A DNA stretch of 63,302 bases, filler included, from Craspedostauros australis (lineage: Eukaryota), in assembly GCA_030167865.1 (NCBI GenBank). It is 13 parts of 12 records of this genome, joined end to end, with 100 filler letters (N's around TTAATTAATTAA, not from the genome) between each part and the next. Parts side by side here need not be neighbours in the genome. Positions count along the whole stretch, not along the records: positions 29,386 to 36,686 come from JALAGF010006172.1; positions 36,787 to 38,634 come from JALAGF010006173.1; positions 38,735 to 40,105 come from JALAGF010006174.1; positions 40,206 to 42,571 come from JALAGF010006175.1; positions 42,672 to 45,006 come from JALAGF010006176.1; positions 45,107 to 60,671 come from JALAGF010006177.1; 7 more parts are not named here. One strand, given 5' to 3'. The first letter of the stretch is position 1. The number at the start of each line of letters is the position of its first letter. The notes under the pieces were generated by a model that saw only the letters and a program-made list of their open reading frames with translations, was not told the origin of the DNA and made no database searches. This document shows, in pieces, positions 36,433-49,500 of this stretch. The translations under genes were made by a program, and so were the position numbers.

Positions 36433-37107
36433 CTCTACCGCCCCGCACAGTATACTACTTCAAATCGGATCCTGGAAGAGAGGCATGATTGGTTCAANNN
36501 NNNNNNNNNACCAATGACACGGATGCACGATACATTCAAACCAAAAGAGGAGAAACTTCAGATAGCAACGCGAATGCCAAGCAACTCAATGAAGCAACAT
36601 CTATACATAATTACACTCACAATTAGCAGCACAGTTACAATGCATTCCTAAGTTGCTAGTTGTCACCAGAGCCAAGCAGCGTCCTCNNNNNNNNNNNNNN
36701 NNNNNNNNNNNNNNNNNNNNNNNNNNNNNNTTAATTAATTAANNNNNNNNNNNNNNNNNNNNNNNNNNNNNNNNNNNNNNNNNNNNTGCGTGTGGGTTGT
36801 GTAGCCCGAGTACCGTGGGTCGAGATCCGTCGTCTGGGTTCTGTGAGAGACAATGGGCGATGATGCCCGTAGTTGTGGCTTTGGTTCCGTGCGTCGGTGT
36901 TTTGGCGACGGCGGGTGTCAGAAACTTGGTTATCGGAACCCCATTGGTTCCTTGACACGAATTCCGAAGATCCGCTTCAAGGTTCTGGATCTGTCTCCAA
37001 ACGTGGGGTTCGGCGAAGTGTCCGTTCGATCTACTGGAATGCCTACGAGTCGGATGATTCGTAGTCTCTCTCGCTAAGGTGGTTACTAGTTTAGCTCTAT
37101 TAGATGC

Positions 37108-38634
37108 TGTTGATGGTGACAATGATGATGACGACGATTGTGGTGTGTGTGAAGCCAACGGGGGAACTTCTGCCGCACACGATTTGCGTCATCGTGGATC
37201 CAAGACAACATCAAACCAAAATTGGATACATGTACCAAACACAAGGTAACCAATTCAGATACCTTGAGTATCTCTGTATGAGTCGATACCATGGGACGAA
37301 ACCGAACACGCGGAAACTTCATGTCTTTTTACACGCGTCTACGGTTTGGACAGACGGTCAGACGAACCAATCCTGCATACAATCTTGGCAACGTGGCCAC
37401 ANNNNNNNNNNNNNNNNNNNNNNNNNNNNNNNNNNNNNNNNNNCAACTTTCTCTGTACCTTCTTACCTCTTTACTAATCATATTAGTCACAAATACTGGT
37501 CGGGGGTTTGTCTTCGGACAACTCACAAATAAAGAACAAGAGCTCCGACCAGGGCACACAACAACGGGCCAATACGTCTACAGTAGTTACTTGTGCACTT
37601 TGACAGATTAAGAGTTGTGATCTACCATCAAGCTTATCACATTACAATACCAACCACCATGGCAAGACCAATCAACAACCGTACCTGGACGACCGTCATC
37701 AAGGAGCTCATTGAGCTTGTTGAGCNNNNNNNNNNNNNNNNNNNNNNNNNNNNNNNNNNNNNNNNNNNNNNNNNNNNNNNNNNNNNNNNNGGAGAAGAAC
37801 ATCATCCAGGTGCTGTCTCTTTCGCCAACACTCACCTCAATCAACATTGAGAACATCCTCCGCATCTTTGCCTTTGCCAAGGAGCGCCAGGTTGATCAAG
37901 CTACTGACTGGGACGCAATCAACAAGTTCATCAAGTCCTCTGGGTACACAGTGCCCTCCATCAAGACTCCCGTCGCGCTCAAAGCCATCCAGCTCCAATT
38001 GGAGGCGGATATGAAGGCAGCAAGCCGCNAACTCACTGAGGCTGCAAGCCGTGAGGTCGTGGTACATTCGCCACGGCGCCAGCAGGAACTTAGTTGATCA
38101 CCATCGACGCCAACCGGATGGAAATACGATAAGATCACCATGCCGGAGGCTGAGACATTCAGTGGTCTCAACATCGAGTGGTACCAATGGAAGACGGACT
38201 TCATGCGACAGCTGGTCACCTCCAAATTCGCGGACTACATGCTGCAAGAGAAACCATCGCACTACCGCGCATCAGTGGACGCTCAGTTCTACGCAGTGCT
38301 CCGCTCCAAAACCTGCAAGGGAGACGCGCAGTACATTGTCACAGCAGAGGAACCCAGCNNNNNNNNNNNNNNNNNNNNNNNNNNNNNNNNNNNNNNNNNN
38401 NNNNNNNNNNNNNNNNNNNNNNNNNNNNNNNNNNNNNNNNNNNNNNNNNNNNNNNNNNNNNNNNNNNNNNNNNNNNNNNNNNNNNNNNNNNNNNNNNNNN
38501 NNATGTCCCTCCATGCAATCGAGGACAATGGCAAGCCAATGAACGATCAGGAGAAGATCGCAAGGTTTTTCCGCAGCATCCGCGACGAGCGATTTGCCAG
38601 CGTGATCACAAGCCTACAGCAGACCAAGGAGTCC
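37108..38634 (+). mobile_element. Copia-like family E: putative 5' LTR (to 37605), PBS and gag fragment (from ~37659)
   Basis: ...TTGACA followed by GATTAAGAGT, then an ORF with gag-like 'FSGLNIEWYQWKTDF' and 'DQEKIARFFRSIRDERF'; LTR start is tentative. Confidence 0.6.
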
Positions 38635-38734
38635 NNNNNNNNNNNNNNNNNNNNNNNNNNNNNNNNNNNNNNNNNNNNTTAATTAATTAANNNNNNNNNN
38701 NNNNNNNNNNNNNNNNNNNNNNNNNNNNNNNNNN

Positions 38735-39782
38735 GTTGGTGATGCCCTCTTGGATGCGCCTTGCCCATTCGTAGGTGTTGGTGTGCCCTGTGCATGGAGT
38801 ACACAGGCTACATCCAACGAGCCAATTTGCCGCATTTTGGAGACGTTTGCGCGGAGGCCTGCGGCGGCCCCAAATCAACCGCTCTCGCAGCCTCCGCTCG
38901 TCCACCCACCAAGGGTTGCATGGCGGTGACGGCGATGTGCTTGGATTTGTCGGTGGACCGCTGGTTGGTGCGGCGCCGAGGATGCCGTTGGACGGCCATT
39001 GTGGGATTTTTTTTGGGTTTCCACCATCGTCATGTTGTTGTTTCGAGTTTGGCGCTCTCAACCAGTCGCACATCTTGGGGTCTGAGGCAATTATCAACTA
39101 TTGTACCAACATGAACGAAGGCAGCATGACACAAAACACTTCGGGAGTACCAACCACACTCAACCCTTCCGTCACAACGAAACACACAAGACGATGTTTC
39201 ATGTCGTCCTGTGATTGGTGGTTCATGACGCAGCAGCCAGTTTGGTGACGTAGACGGATCAGACAAACGGAGGGTAGAATAAATGCAAACGCGCACTCAC
39301 CGCTTCTCCCCAAACTCTACAACTAGCGCTATCGTGGAGGAGGTGTGGGATGGTCTCATCGGAACACCTCNNNNNNNNNNNNNNNNNNNNNNNNNNNNNN
39401 NNNNNNNNNNNNNNNNNNNNCCGCTTCTCCCCAAACTCTACAACTAGCGCTATCGTGGAGGAGGTGTGGGATGGTCTCATCGGAACACCTCAAAAGGAGA
39501 CTAAGCAATTCAAAATCGGAACAAACTTGCTGAAACAAAGAACAGCAAAGGGTTAAGTTGGATCGATGTAGTCGTAGCCAAAAGGCTGAAACCCGAAGGA
39601 GATGGACGAATGTGCAAATCCATCGGTCCATAAAACTTAAAATACGGCCAACCTCGGAACTGGAATGGATTGGTATATGTTTTAGATCTATNAAGATTGC
39701 GAATATGTGCTTAGTTTGAAAATCCCAGAAATTCGACTCCACTCTTCATTTCAAACGATTGGTCGACTCACTGATCGGGCTC
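38735..39782. mobile_element. Right part of a second copy of the long-TIR family
   Basis: 39483-39782 is colinear with 35184-35482 and ends ...GGTCGACTCAC..GGGCTC. Confidence 0.75.
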
Positions 39783-40205
39783 ATATGTGATCAAACAGAG
39801 ATCAAGATTAGGCAAGACCAGGAGAGATGAAGAAAGACCCAAGGGCAAGAATAACACGGGATATCGTGTAAATCAACATGCCATCTTGGGCAATGTTTTA
39901 GGAAAGACTGCGAGATACAACACAAGGTAATCAAGCAGCACGTTAGAAACCGTGTGATAGAACGATAATGAAAACGAGGTGAACTTACTGAACGCCGAAG
40001 GGTGATCAATCCGTGGTAGTACAGTAGGTTGGTGAGTTTGATTGCAAGAGTGGTCTTAGTCTTTAGAGCTGTACGAATCCAAATGAGACTTTCAATTGGA
40101 TTGTGNNNNNNNNNNNNNNNNNNNNNNNNNNNNNNNNNNNNNNNNNNNNTTAATTAATTAANNNNNNNNNNNNNNNNNNNNNNNNNNNNNNNNNNNNNNN
40201 NNNNN

Positions 40206-42571
40206 CGTCCCTTCCGAATTCGTCGCCGTCATTATCGTTCGACTCATTTTTCCCTTGGGTGGGGAGCAAGTCATCTTGCCCTCGCGCAGTGTCTTCTGTA
40301 TCTTCTTTCTCTCCGGCTCTGCTGCTGCGATCTGCGTCGTCGGTCTCCATGCCTTTGATGGTCTCCGATCGTCGCTCCCAANNNNNNNNNNNNNNNNNNN
40401 NNNNNNNNNNNNNNNNNNNNNNNNNNNNNNNNNNNNNNNNNNNTATTGATCTGTTGGCATTCTCGATACCTCTGAATTGCCCATATGACTGATTCATCCA
40501 TGTCACGTCTCTCGTGATTAGGATCTTAGTTGTTGCGAGGTTCAGCATTCGATACACTCCCTTCGCGTGTGACTGGCCATATCCAACGAACATAGCTGGT
40601 CTGGATCTGGCATCCAGCTTCGCCTTTATCGTGCGGCCTCCGATGTACACCATGCCTATTTCCCCGAAAACGCGTAACCCATCCACGTAAGTTGGGATCC
40701 GGTTNNNNNNNNNNNNNNNNNNNNNNNNNNNNNNNNNNNNNNNNNNNNNNNNNNNNNNNNNNNNNNNNNNNNNNNNNNNNNNNNNNNNNNNNNNNNNNNN
40801 NNNNNNNNNNNNNNNNNNNNNNNNNNNNNNNNNNNNNNNNNNNNNNNNNNNNNNNNNNNNNNNNNNNNNNNNNNNNNNNNNNNNNNNNNNNNNNNNNNNN
40901 NNNGCAGTGTACTCGAACGTTGGACCGAACCCTGCGACGAGCAGTTGCTTCTCCGCGGAATAATTTTCTCCTGCGTTGTCACATCTGACAATTTTCACTC
41001 GTGTTTGCTGATTGACATGGAGCCATTTAAGCAACAGAATCATTTTTGTTCCAACCTCACTTTTCTCCTTCAGGAAATAGCTCCAACAGTAGTCACTGTA
41101 ATCATCGAGGACTAGGAGCCAATACTTTCCTTGTCCGTAGCTGTGCNNNNNNNNNNNNNNNNNNNNNNNNNNNNNNNNNNNNNNNNNNNNNNNNNNCAGA
41201 ATAATTTTCTCCTGCGTTGTCACATCTGATAATTTTCACTCGTGTTTGCTGATTGGCGTGGAGCCATTTAAGCAACAGAACCATTATTGTTCCAACCTCA
41301 CTCTTCTCCTTCAGAAAATAGCTCCAGCAGTAGTCACTGTAATCATCGAGGACTAGGAGCCAATACTTCCCTTGTCCGTAGCTGTGCGTCTGGACACTTG
41401 ATGTGTCAATGAACAGTCGATCACCAACCCCCTTCGCTCGTGATTGGAGTTTCTTNNNNNNNNNNNNNNNNNNNNNNNNNNNNNNNNNNNNNNNNNNNNN
41501 NNNNNNNNNNNNNNNNNNNNNNNNNNNNNNNNNNNNNNNNNNNNNNNNNNNNNNNGTGTAAGTGTCAACATGGCCTAACATTTTATGGATTTGGTTGACG
41601 TCCACCGCGGTCTGGGTGGACACGCCAACATTGGCTTGATCGTGAGGGTGAGGGGCGGTGATCATGTTGACGCCGCTCACGAACCCGCTATGGGTTGCCA
41701 TGAGTCTGTCGAACGTGATGCGTTGCCTGCGCTTCTCCAAGCTCATCACGACACCTTGGTTGCTGATGTCGAAGCCGTGCTCGAGAGCTTTGTTGATGCT
41801 CAAGAGGTTCACCCACAGGTTGGGCACGAACTTCACTTGCTTGAGCACGATGGTAGCTTGGTTNNNNNNNNNNNNNNNNNNNNNNNNNNNNNNNNNNNNN
41901 NNNNNNNNNNNNNGACCTTTGTTGCCTTGAGGTATCGGCCGCTGCCGATCTTGATGGAGTGGTTGGCCACTCGTACGTTAATCATTCCCTCTTCGCTGTT
42001 GGTGAGGTGGCATGAGGCACCGGAGTCACCCAGCCATGTGTTTGCCTCGTGGTGGTCGGGGGCGATGGTATGGCGGAGTGCGCTTGCATCGCCGAGGTCA
42101 CCGATCACCATGGCCATGTCTGGTTGAGCGTCTTGGTGGTCACCGATCACCATGGCCATGTCTGGTTGAGCTTCGGCGGCTCGGTAGATGGGGAGCTGGT
42201 TGAACTCCTCTGGGTCTCGGACTCCTTGGTCTCCTGGATGATGCATCCACATCAGCATCTCTGCGGCATGCTGGACCAGGCTGTCGATNAGCCCTCTGTG
42301 GATGGGTGGCAGGTTGAGCTCCTCAAGCCTTGCGTTNATGTGTTGCACGGCTTGCACCAGTTGCATTGGCGTGTACACGTCGATGCGGTGCATCATGTAG
42401 TAGAGCGTGCGAGGGTTCAGGCTTTCTCCTCCTCCTTCGGCGTACGCGTGCGCCGCGTCGCAGCACAGTAGGGCGAGCTCAGAGCGTACTTCATCAGCAA
42501 CCATCATGTTGCTGAGAGAGTATCTCATTGCGACATGCAGAGGTCCTGCAGTCCAGAGCTTCTGGCGGCGC
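40206..42571 (-). mobile_element. Copia family-D fragments (gag-PR linker, protease, integrase)
   Basis: WLGDSGASCH, HKMLGH, DDYSDYCW, RCDNAGEN; overlaps in sequence with 24500-25716. Confidence 0.92.
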
Positions 42572-42671
42572 NNNNNNNNNNNNNNNNNNNNNNNNNNNNN
42601 NNNNNNNNNNNNNNNTTAATTAATTAANNNNNNNNNNNNNNNNNNNNNNNNNNNNNNNNNNNNNNNNNNNN

Positions 42672-44621
42672 TCGTGAGATGGATGAGGTGCGACCTTCCT
42701 GGCGGGGCAATTTTGCAGTCGTGAATGGTTGGTTTTTACCATAAGTGGAAGTTTTTGACTGGTTCCGGTAACGACGTTTTGATCTGTGATTGCGAGTTTT
42801 GGTCCGAGTTTGGGGACGCCACACACTTTTTGTTCGTGGGGAGTTCACTTTCGACACGTTCACAGTTTTGGGTCCATCTGGGTCAAGGCTTTCCATCACG
42901 AGATCGTAGAGACTGCGTTTCACAGCTCCATTGAAATGTGTGGGACGTTTGTGCACTTGCTTGAACCGTTCCTTGACTCGTGCCTTGTTATAGGCTAAAT
43001 CAGTAGAGTTGATTAAGTTGGGTCTTCGTGGAACGTTCGTGTGNAGGAGGAGTAGAGTTACGGCGATTAGCATCCAGGCATTAGCTGCCACGATGTACCA
43101 CCCATACTCTACTCCGATGGTGATGACTTGGAGTGAAGCGAAGAGGAGAACCGTTCCAACGATGCTACCGAAGTAGTTGAAAGAGGTGCAGAGGTTCCAT
43201 ATGAGGGACCACCAGGTGTCTTCGTCTTGGCTGGAGGCGGCTGTGAAGCATGTCCAGGCAGCCATGTCGATGGAGAGGTTTTCTTGTTTGGGAACGTTCT
43301 TGCCCTTTGCCTTCGCCTTGAACTTGAAGTTGTCCTGGTGGCTCTCGGTGTTGTGCGAGAGACGCCAGNNNNNNNNNNNNNNNNNNNNNNNNNNNNNNNN
43401 NNNNNNNNNNNNNNNNNNAGTCCGCGGGCTTGACCCAAAACTCACACAACACTTCGCTTGGACTTCTGGGATCCGCGTGAAACTACCCAAACTTTATCTA
43501 GGTGCGACCTTCCTGGCGGGGCAATTTTGCAGTCGTGAGTGTTTGGTTTTTACCATAAGTGGAATTTTTCGATTGATTCCAGTGACGACGTTTTGATCTG
43601 TGATTGCGAGATTTGGTCCGAGCCTTGGGATGCCACACACGTTTTGTTCGTGGGGAGTTTCCTTTCGACACGTTCACGGGTTTGGGTCCATCTGGATCGA
43701 GACTTTCCATCACGAGATCGTAGAGACTGCGTTTCACAGCCCCATTGAAGTATGTTGGACGTTTGTGCGCTTGTTTGAACCGTTCTTTGACTCGTGCCTT
43801 GTTATAGACTAGGTCAGTAGGGTTGATTGAGTCGGGTCTTCGTGGAACGTTCGTGTGGAGGAGTAGTAGAGTCACGGCGATGAGCATCCAGGCATTGGCT
43901 GCCGCGATGTACCACCCATACTCTACTCCAATGGTGATGACTTGGAGTGAAGAGAAGAGGAGAACCACTCCAACAATACTACTGAAGTAGTTGAAGGAGG
44001 TGAAGAGGTTCCAGATGAGGGACCACCAGGTGTCTTCGTCTTGACTGGAGGCGGCTGTGAAGCAAGTCCATGCAGCCATGTCGATGGAGAGGTTGTCCTG
44101 TTTGGGAACTTGCTTGCCTTTTGCCTTCGCCTTGAACTTGAAGTTGTCCTGGTGACTCTCGGTGTTGTGCGAGAGACGCCAGCGGCGGCACTTGGCGCAC
44201 CACATGAACGTCTTGTCGTTGACAAGCTTGCGCTGTGGTTCACCGGGCTTGGGAGCTTTGGACGACCAGCCCTGGCCGGCGTTGCGTTTGGCGTCGCGTT
44301 CCTTGGACTTCTTGAAGTTGTTTCTCTTCCCGTCGTTCTTGGAGAAACCCTTGTGTTGCTCGAGAACGTTGGCGCTTGGATTCTGGACGACGTTGTTGGC
44401 GTACGAGTACCTTGGCACGTTGCTATCTTTGGTACGCCTGATGGCATGCCAGCGATTTCCGCGCACTTCGTTTTCGTACGACGCCTCGGCCTTGTTGCAG
44501 ATTGCCATCCATGTGAGATCTTTTGCGGCGAGCTGGGGGCGAGCGTGCTCATACGTGAAGATGGGAAGACGCATGAGGATTTCCTCAAGGTCATCCTTCA
44601 TCACATAGAGAGGACGTCGGT
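42672..44621 (-). mobile_element. C-terminal part of a CoDi-type gag (two diverged overlapping copies) with CCHH finger and hydrophobic segments
   Basis: 'WSSKAPKPGEPQRKLVNDKTFMWCAKCRRWRLSHNTESH' resembles diatom copia gag ends; cut at 44622 by a family-C insertion. Confidence 0.72.
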
Positions 44622-45006
44622 TGTTAGGAATTGAGGGTACGACTTTGTCGGAATACCCGTGATTGCCGCACCTCCCAACATTGTTCGTCACAGCTTTGAA
44701 TATTATTCGTCACATGTTCTGAGACTATTTGTCACACCTTTATATGCCATGTCAATATGACTATGACTAAGGGTACGGACGCGATTGATACCTGTACCAC
44801 CGTGAGGAAGATAGCCTGTCCTCCAGTAACGCAAGGACGACACCTATGGCAGATCAGGAGGTCCCGATACCAAGCCAACCATGGCAACCATGCAGACGAC
44901 GACGTTGATCAGAACGGCAAGACCATGGGCAGGTGACGCACCTTCTTCAGAGGACAGCACGCGCCCCTCCTGCGGACAAGAACATCCGCAGGTTTGGAAC
45001 ATCAGA
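44622..45006 (+). mobile_element. Family-C element left part (third variant), cut by contig end
   Basis: TGTTAGGAATTGAGGGTACG...GATTGCCGCACCTCCCAA matches 17054-17111. Confidence 0.8.
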
Positions 45007-46547
45007 NNNNNNNNNNNNNNNNNNNNNNNNNNNNNNNNNNNNNNNNNNNNTTAATTAATTAANNNNNNNNNNNNNNNNNNNNNNNNNNNNNNNNNNNNNN
45101 NNNNNNGTGGGACGAATCCCAAACTGCAGGTTCTTCGTTGGCTCGGCTTGGGCTCTCAGGCCTCTGAGCATCATCTTCGCTCCTGATGTTGGGCGATTTG
45201 CGTTGGTAGGTTGAACATAGTTGCAAGAGGACGGAGGGGTTGGCTGTTGATTGTGGTGATGGTGTCCAGCCATGCTGTTGGATGGTGAAAAAGAGAAGTT
45301 CATCGTCGTCCTTTTGATTTTGTGGGACGACTTTGGAAACGGAGAGGTGGCATCACTCATTTCTTGCGTGGGGAACTGCCTTCTCGTGATCTGCTGGATT
45401 GTCCTTGCTCCACCAAGAAAAACGAATCAAATACCATCCACGACAAGATTGGTATCATCAACATTCATAACACCGTTAAATGGATCAGCGAAGCGCAGAG
45501 AAAGCTGTTGTCATTGGAATTTCAGCGAGGAAGAAAAATCCAGCCAAGCAGTGTGGGTAGAAGAGAACAATCCAAGTTGCTGTAGTGTCAACGATAGTCA
45601 CGCGTACATTGCAGGACGTGAGTGCGCTAAATTGAGAACTGTGGCGAGTNNNNNNNNNNNNNNNNNNNNNNAAGCTGAGAATGAATTCTGACACTTGCGA
45701 GCTCGTACGTAACTACTAAATCGGTGGCGCTTTGGAGTCGTCGTACAAGACCGGATGACTGCACCGACCGACCGCCAGATTGTCCGGCCCGGATGATCCC
45801 GAGACTCGTTCTCCTGTGTTCTGGCTCCGCACCGCACACGACTTCGATCACTCTCCGCGCTTGCCGCCGAGGCGGATGACGAGTCCCGTGACCGATGCCA
45901 TGAAACCAAAAAATGAGACCATATTGGGCCCAGCGCACTTCCATGGAAAAAATGAGAATGAGAAACTCATTAATGAAAACAATCGCGCCCTGCTCACTTT
46001 TATAGAACAAAAATGAGAATGAGTTTCTCATTAATGAGAATTATCACGACTAGCCCATTTCTTGAGGTGTGGAAATCGAATTCGTGAATGAGGTCACAAA
46101 GACAGTCGCAATGACATTGAATATTTTTCTTGTGTACTAAAAAAGTATGTTGGTCATAGAGAGATGCGACATTAGTTACTGATTCTGGAGACCAGGATGG
46201 ATGGTCATTGTCACAGTTTCAATTATGTCCAACGAAGTGTTTCGCGCAGGTCAACGAAATAGAGGTCGAATTAGTCGGACATCGACCAATTTTCTGGATT
46301 TGCCGGGTGTCCCAGTGGATGCAATTGGCACAACACAAACCGAAAGACCCATCACAGTGTGATCACATTCAGATCCGAGTTGCGTTCTTCCCCACTGCGA
46401 TCTCACATTGTATTATTATATTATATCTGACACCAGCACTTCATTGCAAACCAGAGGCATTCAGAGGCATCCTGAGGCATTCAGAGAGCCAGGACGGAGG
46501 CCCGTGGAGGAGGAAGGCTGATAGAGAGGCCACACGATAGCAAAGAG

Positions 46548-49500
46548 ATGGCATCCACAGCCACACCAGGTACAACAGGTGCAGCAGGCACAACAAGCAC
46601 TATAGAAGTGCAGCAGGCGCAGCAGAATGTGGCGAATGCCGCTCTTGCGTTGGTGCAACCAACAACGGACGCGGCCACACGATCGCAGGCCTCCAAGTTC
46701 CTGGAGGAATGGAATGCCACGAAGGGCCCCGACGCGTGGGTGATCTACTCGCGGTGGCTGTCCTCCTTCCGAACGCAGGAGCCGGCCATCGCACCAGAGC
46801 AGATGGGAATGCAGCTGCTGTGCCTCACCATGCTGCAATCGAGGGTGAGATCGATGCTCACCGTGCATCAGCGGGCGCAGCAGACCGAGTCGAGGGATGC
46901 CATCCAGGCTGTGCAGAACGATCTGTGGCAGCTGCTGCGTCATCTGTCTCAGCTCATGGCCTCTACTGCAGCTGCTACAGCTTCCGCTTCTACTCCCACT
47001 ACCCATACTACTCATAACGCAGGCACCAACCATCCACAGATCGCCATTATCGCACCGTGCTGCAACTGCATCGTCGGTCTCACTGTGCGTTGCGGCGACA
47101 CCGCGCAGTTCGTGCACACCCTCGTGTCGCCGGATGCTGCTGCCAGCCACCACGGTCTCATCCCGGAGCTGTGCATCCGCCTGCTTGGCAGCCTGCCTCG
47201 CCAGATTGAAGATGCCTACGGGGCACCGTCGCATATCTCGGCATCTGCTGATCTCCAGTCGTCCCCGATGGCCGTGCAGGAACTGCGCCACCACCTTGCC
47301 CCGGTGCTCGTGGTGCTGCGTCAGGGCATGATGTCGGGAGACGGGGTCATCATGCTGACATCGCTGCAGGCGCTGCGAGAGTGGAATTCCACGTGCCATG
47401 TCACGCTGTCCGAGCTCAACATGCAGGGACACAGCGAGGCGGATCAGACTGCCATCAGCACGCTGTCGCTTCTCATCCAGCTCCTGTCAGTGGAAAATCC
47501 GCTTCCACCATCGCCATCGCAGACGAGACAGCAACAAGACGAGCACAACAAGCTCCGACCGCAGGTGTGGCAGGCCGCGAGCCAGGCCCTGTGCGAGGCT
47601 CTCATGATACCGTCGGATCATCTGACGCCACTGCGCCAGACCGCGGCTGGTTCCATATACACCGCCATCCACCAGCAGGGCATGATACGGACGCCCCTGC
47701 AAGTCTGCACGCAACAGATCAACAACGGCGGCGGCGGCGGAGTGGATGACAGCTGGGAGGACTCGGTGCGCGATTTGGGCATGCTGCTGTGCACGTTCGT
47801 TTTAGAGGAGCTGGATGATGTGATCCAGCAGCCGGCCGAGAATTGCCTGACGCTGCTGCTGGAGCTGACGTCGCACCCGCAAACACCGGTGGTACTGAAC
47901 GTGCTGGATGTTTGGTTGGCCGTGCTGGAGATGGAGGTGGCCCAGCGGCATGCGAACTGGCGTGGTCCGCTCTTCGATGATGTGTGCAACCGACTGCTGC
48001 GCAGGATGTCGCTGCCCGCCACGTTCACGACGTGGGAGGAGGAGCTCGATTTGGATTCGTCATCGTTCGAAGAACTGCGGCGCATGATACCGGATGTCCT
48101 GGTGGCATCGTACTACCTATCCAGAGTCTTCACTCTGCGCGTGCTGGGTCTGCCCATCCAGGAACTGGCGGAGGGCAAGCAGCAGCACCACTGGACAGCA
48201 CTCGAAGCATCCTTCACGGCGCTGGCGGACATTGCGAAGGACGTGTCATCGCGGGTGTCTGGACAGGGCGGCTCCCAGAACATGGCGCAAGATCGGCAGG
48301 CAACGGGACAGTACCTGCTGGGTATCCTGAGATTCGCCCTCTCCCTGAGGCCAAGCGATATCGTCCAACAGCACAACGTGTTGCTTCTGGTTTCCATCGT
48401 GAAGTTCTGCGGAGCGTATGCCGTGGCTTGGAGGACACTGGCAGAACAACAGGCTAACGATGGTAACATCAACGGCAACGGCAACGCGAGCAGCAACGCC
48501 AATGGCAGTGTCAATGGTGCGCAATCACCTTTGCAATTGATTATTCCACTTCTGGATTATCTACGGCTGTGTCTGCCTTTGGCTTCCTTTCAAGCGGCCA
48601 AGGCCATCCGTGCTATCTACGTTGCATGTTTCTGCAAGTCGAAGTGGCTGGCCAATGCATCATCCTCTGCATCGTCAGCACCAACAGCAGCAGCAACAGG
48701 AACAGGAACAACGAATCCAATGATCTCGGCAGTTGTCACGAACATTCGAGAGACGTTGCCGATAGCGCTATCCACAGGCGATGCGGATACCATGACTGCC
48801 GTGGCGGAGGGTGCGACACGCGTCATCACGCAGATCACGGATCCAACCGCGCTGCAGCAAGCGCTGTCCAATGATCTGTTCCGACCCGTCGTCGCATATA
48901 TTGAGCAGGTGGCGAACAGCATTCCCATCGATCCTTCCAGCGTCGCAGCAGCTTCGCCTGGCAACGACAACGGCCATGACCATCCTGATGCGCTGCTACA
49001 GGACAAGCTGGATTCGCTGTCCAGCCTGTTCGGGGTCGTCCAGAGCATTGTCCGTTTCTGCGACGCGTCACCCGTGCCTGGCATGGGCGAATGGGTGCTG
49101 ACGAATTGCGCGGCTCTGTTGGATGGCGTGGTGCCGCGGGTGTCAAAGTACCCGCACATGCTTCTCGCCAAGTACGTTGCAATCCATCAGCAGCTCCTCA
49201 AATCGGCCGCCACCAACCGGCAGACCATCGCACCAGTTTTCACCAAGACGGTGTCGTTCATCATCGAAGCATTCTCCCACACCTTTGAGAGCACCTGCCT
49301 CGCGTACATCGCGACCGCCGTGGAAGTCTTTGGACCACCGCCGCAGGCATCATCGCATGATCCAAATGATCCACATGGTTCAAATGCAGCTGCGATGGTG
49401 ACGTACGACCAATCGTTCAAGGATCTTTGGAATCATGTGACCGCCATCTTTGGCAAGCACCTTTCGAACAATTTGGTGGAGCACAACCCGGACCTCATCC

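Noticed and set aside
45106..45360. N-terminus of a minus-strand gene
   Set aside because: Short, low-complexity and cut by a contig linker; cannot be supported as a CDS.
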